Of a DNA stretch of 64,000 bases, positions 38,755 to 48,519 are shown piece after piece (position 1 is the first letter of the stretch; the number at the start of each line of letters is the position of its first letter). Location of the stretch: NCBI GenBank assembly GCA_963790305.1, contig CAWBOC010000005.1, forward strand, positions 833,916-897,915, given 5' to 3'. The notes under the pieces are model-generated. The model saw only the letters and a list, made by a program, of their open reading frames with translations, was not told where the DNA came from and ran no database searches. The position numbers were made by a program, and so were the translations under genes. Source of the DNA: an uncultured Gemmatimonadaceae bacterium (GTDB taxonomy: Bacteria; Gemmatimonadota; Gemmatimonadetes; Gemmatimonadales; Gemmatimonadaceae).

Positions 38755-40425
38755 ATGACACACATCCGCGGGATCCACCACGTCACCGCGATCGCGAGCG
38801 ATCCGCAGCGCAATCTCGATTTTTACGCGGGGGTGTTGGGGCTGAGGTTCGTGAAGCGAACGGTCAACTTCGATGATCCCCAGACGTATCACTTCTATTA
38901 CGGGGATGACGTCGGAAGCCCCGGCAGCATCATGACCTTCTTCCCCTGGCCCGGCGCGCGGCGCGGGCGCCAGGGGACGGGGCAGGTCGCGGTGACGTCC
39001 TTCTCCGTGTTGCCCACCGCGTTGGGTTTCTGGATCGAACGCCTGCTGCGACACGGCGTGAAGTACGAAGGCCCAACCAGACGCGGCCCTTCCGGTGCCG
39101 AGTCGGAGCAGGTCATCTCCTTCAAGGATCACGACGGGCTGATGCTCGAGATCGTCGCGCACGCCGGCGCGGAAGCGCGTTCGGCGTGGGGCGATGCCCC
39201 CGGGATCTCACGGGACAACGCCATTCACGGATTTCACGGCGTTACTCTGTGGGTCGGCGACGGCGAGCCGACCGAGAAGGTGCTGGTCGATACGCTCGGC
39301 TTTCGCCCTCTGCGCGAGGAGCGTGGAACCCGCCGCTTCGAGTCAGGCGACGGGGGCCCGGGCACCTTCGTGGACGTCCGCTCGATAGGCGGGTTCGTCC
39401 AGGCAGCCGGCGGCGCCGGAACCGTTCACCACGTCGCATGGGCGGTCGCCGACGACGAGACCCAGCTGTCCGTTCGCGAACGCGTCGTCAGTGCCGGACT
39501 GCATCCAACGCCCGTGATCGACCGGAATTACTTCCATTCGGTCTACTTCCGCGAGCCCGGTGGCGTGCTGTACGAGCTGGCGACGAACCAGCCCGGCTTC
39601 GCGATCGATGAGCCAGCCGAGCGACTCGGCGAGCGGCTGATGCTCCCAGCGCAGTACGAGCCGCAGCGCTCGGAGATCGAGGCGATTCTCCCGCGCATTC
39701 ATCTCCCGGTTCCGGCGGGCGCCACGTCTGCTTTCTCCGAAAGTGCGGGACCGGAGGACGTGAGCGGCGACGCACTCGGCTTCGTGCATCGATACCTGCC
39801 TCCCGAGGCCGGCTCGGAGCTGGCGGGCGGTACGACCTTGCTGCTGCTGCATGGCACCGGCGGCGATGAAACCGATTTGCTTCCGCTCGGCCGCACTCTG
39901 CTGCCGGGCGCAGGCTTGCTCAGCCCGCGTGGAAAGGTGCTCGAGCGCGGCGCGCCACGATTCTTCCGTCGCCTTGCTGAAGGCGTGTTCGACCAGGAGG
40001 ATCTCGCGCATCGCACGGAAGAGCTGGCGCTATTCATCGAGGCCGCCGCGGCGACGTACTCGCTCGAGCGCGACGGCATCGTCGCGGTGGGGTTCTCCAA
40101 CGGGGCCAACATCGCGGGGAGCCTACTGCTCCGTAAGCCGGGATTGCTTCGCGGAGCGGTACTATTGAGTCCGATGGTGCCTTACGAGCCGGACGCGCTG
40201 CCGGATCTGGGTAGCACCTCCGTGTTCATCGGTGCGGGTCGGAACGATCCCATCGCGCCAGCGGAGCAGGTGGAGCGGTTGGCGTCCATGCTCCGGGAGG
40301 CTGGCGCTGACGTGACGGTCCACTGGCAGAATGCCGGGCACACGATAACCAAGGACGAGCTCGATGCCGCCCAGCGCTGGATGTCGCAGCGCATAACGAG
40401 CCGAGCGGGGAGAGCGGGGGCCTAG
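38755..40425 (+). CDS. Ring-cleaving dioxygenase (MhqO/MhqE-like) fused to carboxylesterase (MhqD-like)
   Basis: GIHHVTAI, KRTVNFDDP.TYH, DRNYF.SVYFREPGG; then LLHGTGG.E, GFSNG, AGH. Confidence 0.9.
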   Translation: MTHIRGIHHVTAIASDPQRNLDFYAGVLGLRFVKRTVNFDDPQTYHFYYGDDVGSPGSIMTFFPWPGARRGRQGTGQVAVTSFSVLPTALGFWIERLLRHGVKYEGPTRRGPSGAESEQVISFKDHDGLMLEIVAHAGAEARSAWGDAPGISRDNAIHGFHGVTLWVGDGEPTEKVLVDTLGFRPLREERGTRRFESGDGGPGTFVDVRSIGGFVQAAGGAGTVHHVAWAVADDETQLSVRERVVSAGLHPTPVIDRNYFHSVYFREPGGVLYELATNQPGFAIDEPAERLGERLMLPAQYEPQRSEIEAILPRIHLPVPAGATSAFSESAGPEDVSGDALGFVHRYLPPEAGSELAGGTTLLLLHGTGGDETDLLPLGRTLLPGAGLLSPRGKVLERGAPRFFRRLAEGVFDQEDLAHRTEELALFIEAAAATYSLERDGIVAVGFSNGANIAGSLLLRKPGLLRGAVLLSPMVPYEPDALPDLGSTSVFIGAGRNDPIAPAEQVERLASMLREAGADVTVHWQNAGHTITKDELDAAQRWMSQRITSRAGRAGA

Positions 40426-40430
40426 CCCGC

Positions 40431-40781
40431 ATGCGCGTGACTCGCATTGCGACGGGGGCCGACGGCGAGACGTATTTCAGCGACGTCGAGATTCCGCTCG
40501 CCGATGCGGGAGCGATCGGCCGGCTGTCGGAGATCATTCCCGCAGCCGGCGTCGTCTTTCGTGAGACGCCGGCCGACTACGACTACGATTGGCACCCGGC
40601 CCCGCGACGTCAGTACATCGTACTCCTCAATGGGGAGATCGAGATCACCGTCGGCGATGGAGAAACGCGTCGCTTTCGCGGAGGGGACGTACTTCTGGTC
40701 GAGGATACGGAAGGACGAGGCCATCGCACGCGCACCGTAGACGGGAAGGCGCGGCGCTCGATCTTCATCGCGCTCGACTAA
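40431..40781 (+). CDS. Cupin domain protein
   Basis: WHPAPRRQ, G.IEI, EDT.G.GH. Confidence 0.85.
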   Translation: MRVTRIATGADGETYFSDVEIPLADAGAIGRLSEIIPAAGVVFRETPADYDYDWHPAPRRQYIVLLNGEIEITVGDGETRRFRGGDVLLVEDTEGRGHRTRTVDGKARRSIFIALD

Positions 40782-41740
40782 TTCTTCCCTGGGCACATGG
40801 TCTGTACCGACGCGAGCACGGGGAGATGGTCGGAAGGGAAGCGACCGTCCCAGCTGTCCGGGAGAATGCCGTGTGTGAGCACAGGGATCGGTGCCGACAC
40901 GAGGACGTAATCGATGCGACGTCCCGGCTCGATCGCCTTGAATGCCGTCCAGGTCGACGTCGGGCCGTAGTGACCTCCTTGGCTCACCGTGAAAGCGTCG
41001 CGAAGCGGAGCGTTCCCGTCGACCGTGTCCCTCGTGAAGACGCGATATGCCACGCTCTGTGGATCGGCGTTGAGATCGCCCGTCACGATGACGGGCAGAC
41101 CGGCGGCGAGTGAATCGAGCCGTCGACGGATGAGGCGCGCACTCTCCTGACGTGCCTGCTCGCCAATGTGATCGAAATGCGTATTGAGATGGACGTGGGT
41201 GCATCCGGTAGCCCGATCCCGGAAGCGCGCCCACGTCGCCACGCGTTCGATCGCCGCGTCCCAGCCTTTGCTTCCAGGGACCTCGGGCGTCGGCGACAAC
41301 CAGAACGTCCCGTTGTCGAGCATGGCGAGCCGATCGCTCCGATAAAGGATCGCGCTGAATTCCCCCCCTTCACGCCCATCTGCTCGGCCGACACCGATTC
41401 GCGCGAATCCCGGGAGCCGCGCATCGAGATCGGTGAGCATGTGGGCGAGCGCCTCCTGCACGCCAACCGCATCTGGCGCGTGGAAGCGAATCAGCGAAGC
41501 TACCCAGTCGCGCCAATGCGGCCATGCGTTAGGCCCATCGCTGGCGAGATCGAGGCGAAGGTTGAAGCTCATGATGCGCAGCGGCGTCGCTGGCGAAGCC
41601 ATCTCCAGGCCGACCGTAGCGCCGCCCGGCGCCGGCGGTCGACACGCAGCGAGCGGAACGATGCAGAGAACTACGCTCAGAACGATGTGGCCGGGACGGA
41701 ACGACGTCCGGTGTTTCCTCGCCGTGCTCTTCGCAGTCAT
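40778..41740 (-). CDS. Endonuclease/exonuclease/phosphatase family lipoprotein
   Basis: SFNLR, QE, NTHFDH, GDLN, RIDY, SDH; start uncertain. Confidence 0.9.
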   Translation of the reverse strand: MTAKSTARKHRTSFRPGHIVLSVVLCIVPLAACRPPAPGGATVGLEMASPATPLRIMSFNLRLDLASDGPNAWPHWRDWVASLIRFHAPDAVGVQEALAHMLTDLDARLPGFARIGVGRADGREGGEFSAILYRSDRLAMLDNGTFWLSPTPEVPGSKGWDAAIERVATWARFRDRATGCTHVHLNTHFDHIGEQARQESARLIRRRLDSLAAGLPVIVTGDLNADPQSVAYRVFTRDTVDGNAPLRDAFTVSQGGHYGPTSTWTAFKAIEPGRRIDYVLVSAPIPVLTHGILPDSWDGRFPSDHLPVLASVQTMCPGKN

Positions 41741-41746
41741 GGCTGT

Positions 41747-42823
41747 ATGCGAATTCGAGATGATTTCAGGACGCGGCTCACGGTCGTCGTCCACCTGGCG
41801 ATATTGAGCGCCATAAGCGCCACCTCCGCAAGCGGTCAGGCTCAGCAGACCCCGACCGCCCTTGCCCAGTTCCTCGCCCAATCGATTGGCCTCGACGCGA
41901 CGGAGCTCGCTCTGGTCGAGCGGGGCGAGGCGGTGGTCAAGGTGATGGAGACGCAGAACAAGCGCGATGTGGCGGTCTTCGGCATCATCACCGCCAACGC
42001 CCCGCGCGATTCCTACGTCAAGCGCCTGCGTGACTTCCGCCAATCGCTGCGAAGCCCGTCGCGGACGCGCTTCGGCATCTTCAGCGATCCGGTGAGCGCC
42101 ACCGACGTCCAGGCAGTCACCCTCGACAAAGACGATGCGCAGGACCTGAGGAAGTGCGAGGCTGGCAAGTGCGACTTCAAGCTGCCCGCCACGGAGATGC
42201 AGCGTATTCGCAACCGCATCGACTGGTCCAACGGCGATCAGCAGGCGCAGGTCACCGCGTACGCTCAGCAGCGCCTTCTCGAATACGCATCCGATTACCG
42301 GGCGCGGGGCGACGCGGCCATGGTCATCTACGACGATCGTGGAAACGTTCGCGCGAGCGACGCGTTCGGCGAGCTGCTCACCCAGTCGCCCTATGTCTAC
42401 CGGTACGCTCCGTCATTGGCGCGCTATCTCTCCGACTATCCTCGCACCAAGCTCGCTGGCGTAAGCGACGCGCTCTTTTGGTCGGAGACGGCAGCGCCGC
42501 GCATGCGACGGACGCTGACGGTGACACACCTCGCCGTGTACTCACCGCCCGAGCTGCCCGGCACGACGCTCGCCGCCGCGAAGCAGATCTACGCGAATCA
42601 CTACTTCGAGGCGGCGTTCGACCTGACGACCGTCGTCGATCGGCCAAAGCCCGATGGCTCGACGGGGATGTATCTCATCGTGCTGCGGCGCTTCCGGTTC
42701 GACAATCTCCCGAGCGGCGGGCTGCTGAACATTCGCGGGAAGGTCATCGGCAGCCTGCGGGACCAAATGCTCGCCGATCTCACACGGGAGAAAACGGCCG
42801 CCGAGGCGATCACCTCGCGTTAG
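41747..42823 (+). CDS. Hypothetical secreted protein
   Basis: Signal peptide (ASG-QA); KQIYANHYF near the C-terminus. Confidence 0.7.
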   Translation: MRIRDDFRTRLTVVVHLAILSAISATSASGQAQQTPTALAQFLAQSIGLDATELALVERGEAVVKVMETQNKRDVAVFGIITANAPRDSYVKRLRDFRQSLRSPSRTRFGIFSDPVSATDVQAVTLDKDDAQDLRKCEAGKCDFKLPATEMQRIRNRIDWSNGDQQAQVTAYAQQRLLEYASDYRARGDAAMVIYDDRGNVRASDAFGELLTQSPYVYRYAPSLARYLSDYPRTKLAGVSDALFWSETAAPRMRRTLTVTHLAVYSPPELPGTTLAAAKQIYANHYFEAAFDLTTVVDRPKPDGSTGMYLIVLRRFRFDNLPSGGLLNIRGKVIGSLRDQMLADLTREKTAAEAITSR

Positions 42824-42884
42824 ATTCGGGCCGTCATGTCCGAAAATGGCTAGCCGCCTGGAGGCCGTCGGCTAGATTGACGGC

Positions 42885-44354
42885 ATGACGCCCGAGCCAG
42901 CCGCACTCTACAGCGCCTTCGCGAGCCGCGATCCTCGATTCGACGGGGTGTTTTACGTCGGCGTGACATCGACGGGCATCTACTGCCGTCCGGTCTGCAC
43001 GGCGAGAACGCCCAAGGCGGCGAATTGTCGCTTCTTCAATAGCGCAGCAGCGGCGGAGAAGGCGTCGTTTCGTCCCTGCCTGAGGTGCCGTCCCGAGCTG
43101 GCTCCCGGGAACGCGCCTGTCGACGACGGCCGCCGAATCGCCAGCCTGCTCGCGAATCGCATCGAGGAAGGTTTGCTCGACGAAGGCGCGAGTCTGGAGG
43201 AGGTCGCGGCGCGCTTTGGATGGAGCTCGCGACAGATCCGACGCATGGTGCACAAGGAGCTTGGCGTCTCTCCGATCGAGCTGGTGCTGACCCGGCGCCT
43301 GCTGCTCGCGAAGCAGCTGCTCACCGAGACGACGCTCGCTGTCACGGATGTGGCGTTTGCCAGCGGCTTCTCGAGCCTTCGCCGCTTCAATGATGCCTTC
43401 AGCTCACGATATGGCATGCCGCCCACTCGCCTTCGACGGACGGTGAACAGCGCGTCAGACGCCACGTCATCTCGCGGGTCGCTCACCCTCCAGCTGGCAT
43501 ATCGCCCGCCGTTCGACTGGACGGGTATGCTGCAATTCATCAGCGCGCGTGTATTGAGGGGCGTCGAATGGGTGGATGGTGATGCATACTATCGCACCGC
43601 GAAGCTCGGGAGCTACACCGGGTGGATGTGCGTTCGCCACGCTCCTGAGAAACGCGCACTGCTCGTAGAGCTCACGCAGTCCCTGACGCCCGTATTGCCG
43701 GCTGTCCTCGGACGGCTGCGCCACGCCTTCGACCTCAGCGCGCACCCCGACGTCATCGCGGCAAAGCTCGGCGAGACGGAGCTGCTCGCTGACGTCGTCG
43801 CACGGAATCCCGGATTACGCGTGCCAGGGGCGTTCGATGGTTTCGAGCTGGCGGTGCGCGCGATCCTCGGGCAGCAGATCACCGTGAAAGGCGCGACGAC
43901 ACTCGCGGGCCGCTTCGTCGCCACGTTAGGCGAGCCCCTCGAGACGCCGCACGCAGGGTTGACCCACCTGAGCCCCACGGCCGAGCGCGTTGCCCGCGCG
44001 AGCGTCGATGAGCTGGCGTCGCTCGGCATCATCGCGTCCCGGGCGCGCAGCATCATCGCGCTCGCCAAAGAAATCGCCGCCGGCCGGCTCAGGCTCGAGC
44101 CGGGTGCGCATCCCGACGAAACGATCGAGCGTCTCATCGCTCTGCCCGGTATCGGCACGTGGACTGCCCAATACATCGCGATGCGCGCGCTGCGCTGGCC
44201 GGATGCCTTCCCCAAGGAAGATGTGGCGCTGCGCAAGAATCTCGGCGGCGTGACGGCCGCTCGCGCCGAGGCACTCTCGCAGGTCTGGCGCCCCTGGCGC
44301 AGCTACGCGACGCTCCATCTGTGGCGCGGAGGCGCTCAGCCGCTCCAGCGGTGA
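42885..44354 (+). CDS. alkA: Ada-AlkA fusion (Zn-Ada + AraC HTH + 3-methyladenine glycosylase II)
   Basis: YCRPVC, FRPCLRCRP, GFSSLRRFN, LPGIG.WTA, WRPWRSYA. Confidence 0.93.
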   Translation: MTPEPAALYSAFASRDPRFDGVFYVGVTSTGIYCRPVCTARTPKAANCRFFNSAAAAEKASFRPCLRCRPELAPGNAPVDDGRRIASLLANRIEEGLLDEGASLEEVAARFGWSSRQIRRMVHKELGVSPIELVLTRRLLLAKQLLTETTLAVTDVAFASGFSSLRRFNDAFSSRYGMPPTRLRRTVNSASDATSSRGSLTLQLAYRPPFDWTGMLQFISARVLRGVEWVDGDAYYRTAKLGSYTGWMCVRHAPEKRALLVELTQSLTPVLPAVLGRLRHAFDLSAHPDVIAAKLGETELLADVVARNPGLRVPGAFDGFELAVRAILGQQITVKGATTLAGRFVATLGEPLETPHAGLTHLSPTAERVARASVDELASLGIIASRARSIIALAKEIAAGRLRLEPGAHPDETIERLIALPGIGTWTAQYIAMRALRWPDAFPKEDVALRKNLGGVTAARAEALSQVWRPWRSYATLHLWRGGAQPLQR

Positions 44355-44407
44355 CTCGCGCGCGGCATCGGTTGCCGCGAGCCCGGCGATTGCAATAACA
44401 ATCGCCA

Positions 44408-46287
44408 ATGCCGCCACAGCAACACATCGGAGGCCGCGTTCCGCTGCCGCCACCGCGATCGCTCCGCGAGCGATTCGGCGCCCTGCGCAACCTGCCGCCC
44501 TTTCTCAAGCTCGTCTGGCAGACGAGTCCGACGCTCGCAACCGGGACGCTCGTGCTCCGGCTCGCTGCGCGCCGTTCTGCCAGTGCTCACGCTCTACGTC
44601 GGCAAGCTGATCATCGACGAGGTGATCGCCCTTGCGTCTGGGCCGGAGATTCCGGCCACCCTCGACGCATGGATCTCGAGTGGGCTTCTCGACCGTCTCG
44701 CCTGGCTGCTGGGTGCCGAGCTCGCCCTCGCCGTCCTGTTCGATGTGCTCGGACGCGTGGTGTCCCTGCTCGATTCACTCCTCGCCGAGCAGTTCTCGAA
44801 CATCACCAGCGTGCGTCTGATGGAGCACGCTGCGACCCTCGACCTCGAGGATTTCGAGGACAGCGAGCTGCAGGACCGGCTCGACCGCGCGCGTCGGCAG
44901 GCCTCGGGTCGCATGACCCTCACGAGCCAGCTGTTCGGACAGGCGCAGGATATCGTCACGATCATCTCGTTCGCCGCCGGACTCGCGGCCTATGCGCCCT
45001 GGCTGATCCCGCTCCTTCTCATCGCGCTGGTTCCAGCGTTCGTCGGCGAGGCGCACTTCAACGCACAGTCCTACGCGCTGACCTACTCCCGCACGCCGGA
45101 GCAGCGCGAGCTCGACTACGTGCGTCAGACGGGCGCGAGCGTCGAGACGGCGAAGGAAGTGAAGATCTTCGGGTTGAACGCGTTCCTCATCGAGCGGTAT
45201 CGGGAGCTGGCGGAGCGCTTTTATCAGGGGAATCGCCGCCTCGCCATTCGACGCGCGACGTGGGGAAGCGCGCTGACCGGCATCGGGACGGTAGGCTACT
45301 ACGTCGCATACGCGTATCTCGTCTGGCGGACGATCGCTGGTCAGTTCACGATTGGCGATCTCACCTTTCTCGCCGGCTCCTTCCGCCGCCTGCGCACGTT
45401 GCTCGAGGGTCTGCTGGTGGGCTTCTCGCAGACGGCCGGCCAGGCGATGTACCTCGACGATCTCTTCTCGTTCTTCACCATCGAGCCGGAGATTCACTCG
45501 CCGCCCAATCCGCGGCAGTTCCCCATTCCGATTCGCGAAGGGTTTCGCTTCGAGGACGTGGGCTTCATCTATCCCGGCGCCGAGCGATGGGCGGTGCGCC
45601 ACCTCGACTTCTCGCTCAAGGCGGGAGAGGTGCTCGCGCTCGTCGGAGAGAATGGCGCAGGCAAGACCACGCTGGTAAAGCTTCTCGCGCGCCTCTACGA
45701 CCCGGATGAGGGGCGAATTCTTCTCGACGGACACGATCTGCGGGAATACGACCTGGAAGATCTGCGCGCGAACATCGGTGTGATCTTTCAGGATTTCGTG
45801 CGCTACCACCTCACGGCCGCCGAGAACATCGCGGTGGGACGGATCGAGGCGCGCGGCGATCGCGCGCGCATCGAGGAGGCCGCGGAGCGGAGCCTGGCCG
45901 ACGAAGTCATCCGGCGGCTCGCCAGCACAATACGATCAGGTCATCGGCAAGCGGTTCAGGACAGGGGTGGAGCTTTCCGGCGGCGAGTGGCAGAAGATCG
46001 CCATCGCGCGGGCGTATATGCGTGACGCGCAGCTGCTCATTCTCGATGAGCCGACGGCCGCCCTCGACGCGCGCGCCGAGTTCGAGGTCTTTCAGCGGTT
46101 CAAGGAACTGAGCGCCGGGAAGACGGCGGTGCTCATCTCGCACCGCTTCTCCAGCGTCCGAATGGCCGATCGCATTCTCGTTCTCGCCGAGGGCGAGGTC
46201 GAGGCAATGGGCACGCACGAGGAGCTCCTCATGCAGCGCGGCCGGTATGCCGAGCTGTTCGAGCTGCAGGCGGCGGGATATCGGTGA
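44408..46287 (+). CDS. ABC exporter (TMD + NBD) with two apparent +1 frameshifts (~44564, ~45921)
   Basis: ORFs 44408, 44583 and 45967 form one gene: GENGAGKTT, QYDQVIGKRF..G.ELSGGEWQ, DEPTAALD. Confidence 0.85.
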
Positions 46288-46290
46288 GCT

Positions 46291-46397
46291 GGGGGTCAGG
46301 AGTCAGGAGTCAGGGATCAGGGGAGCGCAAAGCCGTTCTCCTCGAACCTTCACCCCGACACCCCCTGATCCCTGACTCCCGACTCCTGACCCCTGAC
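46291..46397. repeat. GGAGTCA-heptamer palindrome, copy A5
   Basis: ggggtcaggagtcaggagtcagggatcagggg ... cccctgatccctgactcccgactcctgacccc; inner segment shared with A4. Confidence 0.92.
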
Positions 46398-48404
46398 AAG
46401 CTTCGCCGTCTCGAGCGCCGGGGCCGGCGGCAGCCCCGTCACCTCGAGGATCGCCTGCTCGTCGAGCGTCTCGCGAGCGAGCAGCGCCTCGGCGAGGGCG
46501 TCGAGCTCCTGCCGATGCTGGGTCAGCAGGTGAGTCGCCTGACGGTGGCTCTCGGCGATGATCTTCAGCACCTCCGCGTCGATGGCGCGCGCGGTCTCCT
46601 CGCTGAACGACTTCGCCGCGCCCCAGCCGCCGAGCGTGCTGAGATACGGATTCTCGGGAGGCGCGAGCTGCACCAACCCGAGCCGCTCGCTCATTCCCCA
46701 TCGGGTCACCATGGCGCGCGCGAGGTTGGTCGCCTGCTCGATGTCGTTCTCGGCGCCGGTCGTCTTCGTGCCGTAGACGATCTCCTCGGCGGCGCGCCCT
46801 CCGAGCATGCCGACGATGCGCGCGCGCAGATAGGCTTCGGGATAGTTGTATCGGTCGCTGTCGGGTCGCTGATAGGTCACGCCTAACGCCTGCCCGCGCG
46901 GGACGATGGTGACGCGATGCACCGGATCGGCACCCGGCACCACCAGCCCAAGGATGGCGTGACCGCCCTCGTGATACGCGATGCGCTCGCGGTCCTGGCG
47001 GGTCATCAGGAGCGGACGCTCCGGTCCCAATACGATCTTCTCCAGCGCGTCGAGGAAGTCCACTTGTCGGACCGTGTCCTGCTCTCGCCGCGCGGCGAGA
47101 AGTGCGGCCTCGTTGACGAGATTTCTCAGATCGGCACCGGACAGCCCGGGTGTGGCGCTGGCGAGCTCGTCGAGCGACGCATCGGCAGCCAGTGGCACAT
47201 GCCGGGTGTGCACCTTGAGGATTGCCTCGCGCCCCTTCTTGTCCGGCAGGTTGACCACGACGCGCCGATCGAATCGGCCTGGGCGGAGGAGCGCCTTGTC
47301 GAGAACATCGGGCTGGTTCGTCGCCGCCAGCACGATGATCCCCTGACGGCTCGAGAAGCCGTCCATCTCGGTCAGGATCTGATTGAGCGTCTGCTCCTGC
47401 TCGCTCGAGCCGCCAATTGCCGTCGCGCCGCGCGCGCGACCGATGGAGTCGAGCTCGTCGATGAAGATGATTGCCGGCGCGTGCTCGCGAGCCTGCTTGA
47501 AGAGGTCACGCACGCGCGCGGCGCCGACGCCCACGATCATCTCCACGAACTCCGAAGCGCTCATCGAGAAGAACGGCACACCGGCCTCGCCGGCGACCGC
47601 GCGCGCGAGCAGCGTTTTGCCGGTCCCTGGTGCACCGATCAGGAGAACTCCCTTCGGCGCGGTTCCGCCGAGACGCGTGTACTTCTGCGGGTCGCGAAGA
47701 AAGTCGACGATCTCGACGAGCTCATTCTCCGCCTCATCGATTCCCGCGACATCCTCGAAGGTGACCTTCCCGCTCTCCGTTTGATCGAAACGTCTCGCGC
47801 TGCTCTTGCCGAGGCCGCCGAGCAACCCGCCCATGCCGCCGGCGCCCTGCTTCGCGGCGCGGCGGTAGAGCCAGACGTAGAAGAGGATCAGCAGCAGCGC
47901 GGGTCCGAACCCGAACAGGAACGTCGTGATCGGGTTGCCGCGGCCCTGGATGGGCTCGGCGCTGATCTCGACGCCGTTGTCAATGAGCAGCTGCTCGAGT
48001 CCTGGATCGACGAAGGCCGGAAGCGTCGTCGCGAACGTGGTGCCCGTTCGAGGCTTGGTGCCGGCGGCGGTGTCTGGAACGAGTGGGTACGTGACTGCCC
48101 TGCGGAATGTGCCCGTTAGGCTCTCTCCGCGGCTGTAGATGCGCTCGACGTTCCTCTTGGTGACCTCCTCCTTGAAGAGGGTGTACGGCACGGTGATGGG
48201 TGATTCTCCCCCCGGGAACAGGAAACGCACCAGGAGGAAGTTGACCGCCAGGATGATCAGGAAGGTGAGCCAGGTGCGGCGCGGCGGCATTGGCGGCGTC
48301 GCGCTTCCGTCGGGAGTCCTGGGCGCGTCGCCCGACGGGCGTTTCGACGCGGTGGGTGGAGCGCCGCCAACGCGGCGAGGGAGTTCGGCTTGCTGTCGTG
48401 CCAT
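46350..48404 (-). CDS. ftsH: ATP-dependent zinc metalloprotease FtsH
   Basis: Two TMs, [27 protein letters not shown]. Confidence 0.96.
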   Translation of the reverse strand: MARQQAELPRRVGGAPPTASKRPSGDAPRTPDGSATPPMPPRRTWLTFLIILAVNFLLVRFLFPGGESPITVPYTLFKEEVTKRNVERIYSRGESLTGTFRRAVTYPLVPDTAAGTKPRTGTTFATTLPAFVDPGLEQLLIDNGVEISAEPIQGRGNPITTFLFGFGPALLLILFYVWLYRRAAKQGAGGMGGLLGGLGKSSARRFDQTESGKVTFEDVAGIDEAENELVEIVDFLRDPQKYTRLGGTAPKGVLLIGAPGTGKTLLARAVAGEAGVPFFSMSASEFVEMIVGVGAARVRDLFKQAREHAPAIIFIDELDSIGRARGATAIGGSSEQEQTLNQILTEMDGFSSRQGIIVLAATNQPDVLDKALLRPGRFDRRVVVNLPDKKGREAILKVHTRHVPLAADASLDELASATPGLSGADLRNLVNEAALLAARREQDTVRQVDFLDALEKIVLGPERPLLMTRQDRERIAYHEGGHAILGLVVPGADPVHRVTIVPRGQALGVTYQRPDSDRYNYPEAYLRARIVGMLGGRAAEEIVYGTKTTGAENDIEQATNLARAMVTRWGMSERLGLVQLAPPENPYLSTLGGWGAAKSFSEETARAIDAEVLKIIAESHRQATHLLTQHRQELDALAEALLARETLDEQAILEVTGLPPAPALETAKLVRGQESGVRDQGVSG

Positions 48405-48519
48405 GTGCACCCGGTTCTCGGTCTCGTGTCTCGCGCGCGTGACGACGATGTCACGTTACCCCGCGCGAAAGGTGCGAGCAACGGGAGTTAGTCCCGTCAG
48501 GAGCGGGCCTACAGGTGTC

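Noticed and set aside
41730..41760. Divergent genes only 6 bp apart
   Set aside because: The start of the minus-strand gene is uncertain and may lie further downstream, so the spacing is not reliable.
44408..46287. Programmed ribosomal frameshifting
   Set aside because: No slippery heptamer; the many similar indels in the window point to sequence error.
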